Source: Dendronephthya gigantea
Lineage: Eukaryota
Length of the DNA: 64,000 nucleotides
NCBI RefSeq assembly: GCF_004324835.1
Contig: NW_021163015.1
Span: forward strand, 2,952,323-3,016,322
Direction of reading: 5' to 3'
The notes beneath the pieces are model-generated. The model made no database searches, was not told the DNA's origin, and was given only the letters and a program-made list of their open reading frames with translations. Positions 57,729 to 64,000 of the stretch are shown piece after piece (position 1 is the stretch's first letter; the number at the start of each line of letters is the position of its first letter). The translations under genes were made by a program, and so were the position numbers.

Positions 57729-60089
57729 CTATCCATGACATTCATTTTCATCATCTTCTAAATTGCTAATATTATTCTCAAGCTTTGTGAAATTATTGCG
57801 CTCCTTTTTCAACTGTTTGATGTATTTTTCAAAATCTTTTCCATCACAACGAGTTTCTTCTTCCAAAATATCTTGTTCATAGTCGTTCACTGCAGGTAAC
57901 ATTGCGTCATTCATCAAACACACGTCATTTCTGTCTCGTCGACTTCTCTTTGGGCTTAACCACTCATCGATGTATTTATCCATTGTCGGATTCCCTGTTC
58001 CAACGTCTTCTGGTATCTCGTTGTCCAGTAAATCCTCCACAATACGCGACTGTAATTCGTCTTCTGACAACTCCGATTTTCTCGCGAGCCACAGCGGTCG
58101 TTTGACGTTCGGCGAGCTCGGAGCGGTTCGTGGAGGTAACGCCGGTCGTTCGTGGCCTTTCGCGATAATCTTCCGAGCAACAGGCGAGGTAGGTTGACTT
58201 TTAGATGTGACTGTAGTGAAGAGCGCCTTGCGGCATTTCTTTCCAGGTCGTGGCTGGTAAACCCAATTAGGATTATCATGTTTGTGTCTTTCCTTCAACT
58301 CGTTTGCTTCGTCAAAATAAGGTTTTTGTTCAATGCTCGGCAGCTCGTTCCAAATATGACCCAGTCTCACGCTGATCTCAGCATTACTGGCATTTGGAAA
58401 TCTTAAAACAAAAAAAATCTTGAAACGAATCTCGAGTTTCTAGCAAACTTTACAAGCAATACATCATCATTGCTACTACCTCTTTCTTAAGAAATGAAGA
58501 GTCCTTGTTTACCTTTTTGCAATCGAAGCTCTGTTCTTCTTCGCCCAAACCATGAAAGCGTTCATGGGTCTCTTCACGTGAGGTCGATTGCCATGGTGAC
58601 ATTCCACCTGCAAACTCTGATAAGTGAAAGGCATTCTGAGGAATGTCTGACTCATTGGGTCGGTATCAGGCGGCGTTATCCAGGCTTTGAACCTTGGCTC
58701 GCTTTGTGATTTTCTCGTCAGGTCACTGGCTTTCAGCGGCAGTGTCGTTGGTGGTGGGCAATATGGATGAGGTGTTGGTGGACTAGGTGTGTCAGTCTGG
58801 TTTTGCATTGTTGGTGTTCGTGATGGTGGTAGTGTACTGGCAGCTACACTGGCTGGTGTTCGTGATGGTGGTAGTATACTGGTTGCTACACTGGCGGGTG
58901 TTGAAGATGGTTTATTTTCTTGAGTGGTGATAGGCGACCTTGGTGTGGCGGTTACGTTTGGTACTGTTGGTGACTGTGGTGCTTTAACAAGAGATGGACT
59001 GGTCATGTCTACCGTTCTTGTTGTTCTCGATGAGGTTATTGGCGACCTCTTACCATCTTGAACTGTATGAGCTGTGATTATAGTTTTGGCTGTTTTAGGC
59101 GTGTATCAGGTAAGATTGGTGTTTCTGTTGTTACTGGAGGTGAATCTGGTGCATTAGGTGTTGACCTTGTTGATACGATTGATAACAATTTAAAGCCAGA
59201 ACGGATAGGGGTGGTTGTTATGGATGGAGAGGTTACCTCCGGTTTCGAGGAACAAACGTCTGGCATTTGTACGGCCTCTAATCGTTCAGAGAAGCAAACT
59301 TGATTTGCCGAACCATTACCTTCCTCTGAACAAACACTGTCTTTTGATTTTGCATTCCGTGAGGCATTTCTTTCGCCTATTAACTTCGCAGTTTGTTTGT
59401 TCCCTTTTTCCAATTTCATCACTTTTAGGTTTGTTTGCTTCTGAGGTCGACGTTCAGTAATTTTAATATTTTGTGATGAGGTTGAGGAAATCGTGTCCTT
59501 TTCATCACACAAGCAGATATGTTTTTCACATTCCTCTTTCAACGATTTTTCTGATTCTTGCAATGACTTGAATGTAAAATGTTCGATTTGCACCGAATAA
59601 TCGCAAGAGGTGTTTTCGGAACTATTTTTCTCCCTCATTGAATTTTTATCAAGTTTCTCGCTAACCCTTTGGTCTTCTCGACCTTTTTCTTCCATCGTTT
59701 GCCGTGTAATTCTTTGATTCAAGTCTTTAGATGCTGTTCCAGGACTCATTCTATTTAGGAAAGTACATCAAAGCAAATTATTTTTCTTTATTTTCGAAAA
59801 GATCTTATACTTCTATACGACTTCTCCCTTTCACTGAAGGTGGGCCTGTCTTTATCGAAGTAGTTTAAACTATTGCTGGCTTTTATAGCATTTGAAAAGC
59901 TCAGAACGGAATGAAAATTTTAACATACCTGTACTTGTAGTCGGCATGGCTTGATACAACGTTCGTAGTGTGCGCGTTTTGCTCTTTCAAACACTGCTTA
60001 GCCAAGGACGTTTTAGACATTTTCACTTTTGAATATCTCCTCTCGTTCGTACGTTTTCCATTTGAACTTAGAAATTGTTTAACAGACAT
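57729..60089 (-). CDS. SOX-like HMG-box transcription factor with long Ser/Thr/Pro-rich region; >=4 exons, one frame discontinuity unresolved
   Basis: Minus-strand exons:
- 59928-60089: MSVKQFLSSNGKRTNERRYSKVKMSKTSLAKQCLKEQNAHTTNVVSSHADYKYR.
- 59078-59749: Ser/Lys-rich.
- 58509-~59090: …TSPSLVKAPQSPTVPNVTATPRSPITTQENKPSSTPASVATSILPPSRTPASVAASTLPPSRTP…HVKRPMNAFMVWAKKNRASIAKR.
- 57729-58370: …NAEISVRLGHIWNELPSIEQKPYFDEANELKERHKHDNPNWVYQPRPGKK….
The HMG box is split by an intron, as in SOX genes (RPMNAFMVW…NAEIS..LG..W..L…EK.PF..EA..L…H….P.Y.Y.PR). Confidence 0.7.
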
Positions 60090-60538
60090 GGATAGTTTCC
60101 ATAACCGAATTGTTTTTCACAATATGCGCTAGCTAGCTAGCTGTCAATCATTTCGGAAAGAGATTTGGCTTTCTGTCACCATAGCAACAAGATTTAAATG
60201 ACCAAGTGACGCATTTTGTTGCCAGGTAACAGAAAAGACAAAATGGTGACCACGTACGGAAAATCAAAAATATTCAAAGATAGTGATTTTTTTAAAGATG
60301 TCTTTGAATGGTGTTATAAACGACTCTCTGAATTCAGCTAATATGAGTTGATTCGACGCCTTAGTAATGCATACATAATACATCACTGTTATGCGCAGCT
60401 TGGCCACTAATATAAAACAGACTGATAGCGCAAACTCACTGCACACATATACCTCGCAACATATAATTCAATGTACAATTTTATATTCATATATAATTTA
60501 ACATATTTTTCATTATTTTTCTTTTTTCCCAATGATCT

Positions 60539-62460
60539 CTAAAGCTTTTTGGATCGTCTGTTATTTCTTAACCACTTCGTACTGAAACAAGAGAACAAAT
60601 TCTTTCCTTTCTTTCTTTTTTTGCTTTGCTGTTCAAATTCAAAATCGTGCGGTCTTTTCAAAGATGATTTAGTTAAGCCATTGAGGACAGGCTCTTCATT
60701 ACTGTCTGAACTGTTGTATTGTATTTCGCTTTTGGGGACATTCAGCAGCGTCTTACTTTCACCATAAGTTTGATACTTTTCTTTGACATTTTCAGGATCA
60801 GTTTCATCAGCGCTGTCACGATCTCTCAAAGATCGGCGACAATTTACACAAACCGGTCCATTAGCATTGCTTGAAGATGGAATGAGATCTCTTCGATTGG
60901 GTCTATTTTCACGAACTCGTATGTTCTACAAAAGCAAGAGACGATTCATTAAAACAATGTATATTTTTGGCCATTACCATAGATCTTGCGCACAGAAATG
61001 TAACGTATCAGTTTTGCCGAAACAACACTTAACAGTTTGTCTTCTCGTTTACCTCTGGTTTTCTATTAAATTCTCTGGCTTCTGGGGTGTTCATGACTGC
61101 AAGACAAGATTTAAGCGTTTTTTGCAGCAAGACAAAGTAGAAAAGATGTTCCATTTCTGCTTCGTCAAGCCTTCCATGAAACGTCCAATTCTGATCTGGA
61201 ATAAAAGCCAAAAAGGTCATGGCCCATGAAAACACTTAGCTAGTAGCTATGACTACACTTTTACTTTCACAATTCAGTTCGTCCATCACCTTGTGGAGAT
61301 AACTTTTGCATTATCTTTTCAAGAATGTTTCTCGTAGAGGGACGCTCGTCTGTGGCCAAGACAGAAAAAGCAAGTTTAGAAAAAGCGATAGTTTTAGAGT
61401 GAGTGTTTTTAAAATATGATGTTACACTGATGTCAACCAGTCAGGTACTTAGCAGAGTAGGACTCTAGCTTTCTAGTTTAATGCTCTATCATGGCATATT
61501 GGTTGCCGAACGTTAAAAACAAACCTTCATCAAGCTCTATAAATTTACTGGCAAAAGTTATGAACTGCATCTCGTGTTTCGCCTGCAATTCCTGGACTTC
61601 ATTTCGAAGCGTTTTGACGGCTTCATGCAAGAAAGCAACATGATTTCCATTCTCATCTCGTCCGCTCACATCGTGTTCATCGCAGGCTATCGTGACGTCT
61701 GACGGGGACGTACTACTGAATTCACTCTCTCTTGCTGAGAGAGACGATGATTTTGGCGTTGTACTGTCACTACCCGAAGACAAGATCTTGCCAAATCTAT
61801 CAAGCAAAGACAATTGTCACGCTTCTGCCACAATCGTATATTGTATTACTATTAGCTTCAGTTGTGAAATGCTATGCTCAGCTATGCCCATGAAGAGACT
61901 GACCTGGGTTGGTTGATCGTATGGTTACCATCATTTGTTTCGTGATGTTCAACCACTGAAGCAGTGTTTACAAACAAGCCACCATTCTCTGTGGTTTGTG
62001 GATCATTCACATCCCTGCCGTTCTCTGAAATCTGTAATTTCGTGAGTTCGTCTAAAGTGTTTGCACTCTGAACTAACGCACTACGAAAACTCCTGATTGA
62101 TTCATCTTCTGTGGTACTGGACATCCCATAATCCTCTCCATTCTCCTTGCAAGAATCCATCATTGACAACAAACTTTTGACAAGGTCTTCAATAGCCAAT
62201 ACAAGCTGCGTCGACAACACCTAAGAAACAGAAGATAAAATGCAACAAGATTTCTTTCCTCTTCCCACCAGACCCCAGCGTCTGTACTATCATCAATCAC
62301 TACCTCTGCTTTTAGTAGATCTTCAAGTATGACCCGCGGATGTCTTGTTGGTGAACGAAAGCGCCCTGCAGGGGATGCACTGAGCAAGCTTTGGAAACTC
62401 TGAAGTCGAACTCGCTCGTAAAGACGAACATCCGAGGTATGCGGTGACAGCATTAAGCTG
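60539..62460 (-). CDS. Uncharacterised multi-exon gene (Ser/acidic-rich N-terminal regions, coiled-coil segment, basic C-terminus); structure tentative
   Basis: Minus-strand coding-like segments:
- 62160-62453: …LSPHTSDVRLYERVRLQSFQSLLSASPAGRFRSPTRHPRVILEDLLKAEV.
- 61882-62220: VLSTQLVLAIEDLVKSLLSMMDSCKENGEDYGMSSTTEDESIRSFRSALVQSANTLDELTKLQ….
- 61478-61813: …NHVAFLHEAVKTLRNEVQELQAKHEMQFITFASKFIELDEG.
- ~61300-61345: ERPSTRNILEKIMQKLSPQGDGRTEL*.
- Possibly 60539-60905: …NRPNRRDLIPSSSNANGPVCVNCRRSLRDRDSADETDPENVKEKY…KRKKGKNLF….
No family recognised. Confidence 0.35.
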
Positions 62461-64000
62461 GGACTGCAAGATTGCTAAACAGTTTAAAATACAATTCTTT
62501 ATACTTAAGTGAGTCAAAACACAAAAGGTGCCTCTATATTTTAGTCCAGCTAATTAAAAGACGAAAGTTCGTGAAGCGACCGAGTTGCTTCTAGAGCATG
62601 CGTACAAAGATGCATCATTGTCAAAACTCAGGTGAAATGTTGGATTGTTTAGATCATAAATAAATTTAAAAGCGTGTTTATTTATAGGATCAAAGGCTGA
62701 ATATAAAATTTTGATGTTGCTCCTGATAAACTAGTCTAAGACATGTCTCGCATCCAATTATGAAAAAACCACAACGTATTTCAAAATATAATTAAGGGAA
62801 AGATATACTCGCTCCACCTTTTCAGACATTTACGTCAATATTCTTGATCGAGAAAAACCAACGCAGTAGGCATATCGTTTGGGTTTAACAGCATCCAACT
62901 ACACTGACAAGAGCACCTGCGTCTAGTGTCATATACAGCAGCGTTCTCCGTTCTCTGTGATGAAAAATAGATTGTTATAAAAACTCCAATGACAGAAGAG
63001 ATACTTTAAAGTCGATAACTTAGTAAACTAACCGCTTGAAGTAGCACTCTCATGTCTTATTCACGGTAAAGTCAATATAAGGTTAAATGCTAAATATGAA
63101 AGTATAATATTCGATAAAGTTGAATGAACACTTACTTTTACCACAGCTTTACAATACAGAATATATCGCTATGGACCGGTCTGTTTAATTTGTCTAGCAA
63201 TAATTCTCCCCTTTCAGTTATTCACCTTACCAAAAGTTCTCGACAGACTCCCAAGTCATTCGGTCAATTCACTAACAAAGTTCACACGGAAATCGTCCAC
63301 TCAAAGGCAGATTGTATTTGTCAGCATCGGGTAACAACGCTATTTGCATAATATTTATGTACACATAAACCTATATACATATTAACCAAATGGTCCCCAC
63401 TCAATGTTTTAATGGAAGGCAGATTGTTCTAGCAGAAAGCTTGTCACGCAAGGTTGTTGGTAATGGCAGAGTCAGGCAGACTGGTAGTGATGGTCAAAGA
63501 TCTTGTTTTAGTTGTAATCTGAGATCAACAAAGTCCTGTGTATATCATTATGATTTTTGAATGTCTATTTTTTGATTCAGCGATCATTCATTGAGCAATG
63601 GCGGGAGAAACGTTTAAGGAGAAATAAATAAGATGTCTTCATTGAGATTTTAGCGACACTTCGTAGAAAGCACTGGGGGAGGGCAGGTGCCCCACTTGCC
63701 TTTTCGAGGAGAGGCATGGGGTCAAAAGATGCCATATCTATCTAAAAGATTGCAGTTCTCAATTCTTTAATTAGCTTTAGGCAAGGCTAGATAGAAATGC
63801 AGGCAATAAGCTTAAAAATATTGCGCGATTGTTTAGAGGAACACCTTCAGACAACGAGGTCAATCATTTGGCATGGAAACAACATGATGAGACGGAGGCT
63901 CAACTGCCGACGTTTTGCAAAGTGCAAACACTCTCTATGCGTCGTGCCCTTTCATGAAAATCTGTCCTCTTTTGGCTTCCGATTGTCCCAGCGATATAAA

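Overview
This is eukaryotic DNA, apparently from an invertebrate metazoan. It is AT-rich, and the genes are dense and split by short GT-AG introns. Nothing in it looks prokaryotic, so CRISPR arrays and operon-style systems do not apply. I recognise ten or so conserved multi-exon genes.

Recognised genes, in order along the window:
- HOGA1 / DHDPS-like aldolase on the + strand.
- Casein kinase 1 alpha on the - strand.
- NMNAT on the + strand.
- An SNX10-like PX-domain gene on the - strand.
- DDX41/Abstrakt DEAD-box helicase on the + strand, with a C-terminal CCHC knuckle.
- A WD40-repeat gene on the + strand.
- A GRK4/5/6-type G-protein-coupled receptor kinase on the + strand.
- HYPK on the + strand.
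- A secreted protein with a von Willebrand factor A (VWA) domain and a furin site, on the + strand.
- A SOX-like HMG-box gene on the - strand.
- Several further genes of unknown function.

The most interesting object is a 7.66 kb DNA transposon at 13271-20927 that looks intact. It has terminal inverted repeats (TIRs) of about 160 bp with internal subrepeats, and an 11-12 bp target-site duplication (CACGCGGCGAG). Together with the transposase domains below, that points to the Mutator superfamily. It encodes one giant protein on the - strand: a first exon at 20492-20645 and a 1655-codon ORF at 14710-19677. That protein fuses a USP-type deubiquitinase domain (peptidase C19: Cys box, QQD box, His box) and a Ulp1/SENP-type protease domain (peptidase C48) to a MULE-type DDE transposase with a SWIM zinc finger. 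I do not recognise this domain architecture from any described element.

The second notable item is an intronless 490-codon gene at 25090-26562. It encodes an SH2 domain, a C1 (DAG/phorbol-ester) zinc finger, and a C-terminal domain whose motifs resemble a PARP/ART catalytic fold with a degenerate H-Y-E triad.

All coordinates come from hand translation, and exon boundaries are approximate to a few bp.
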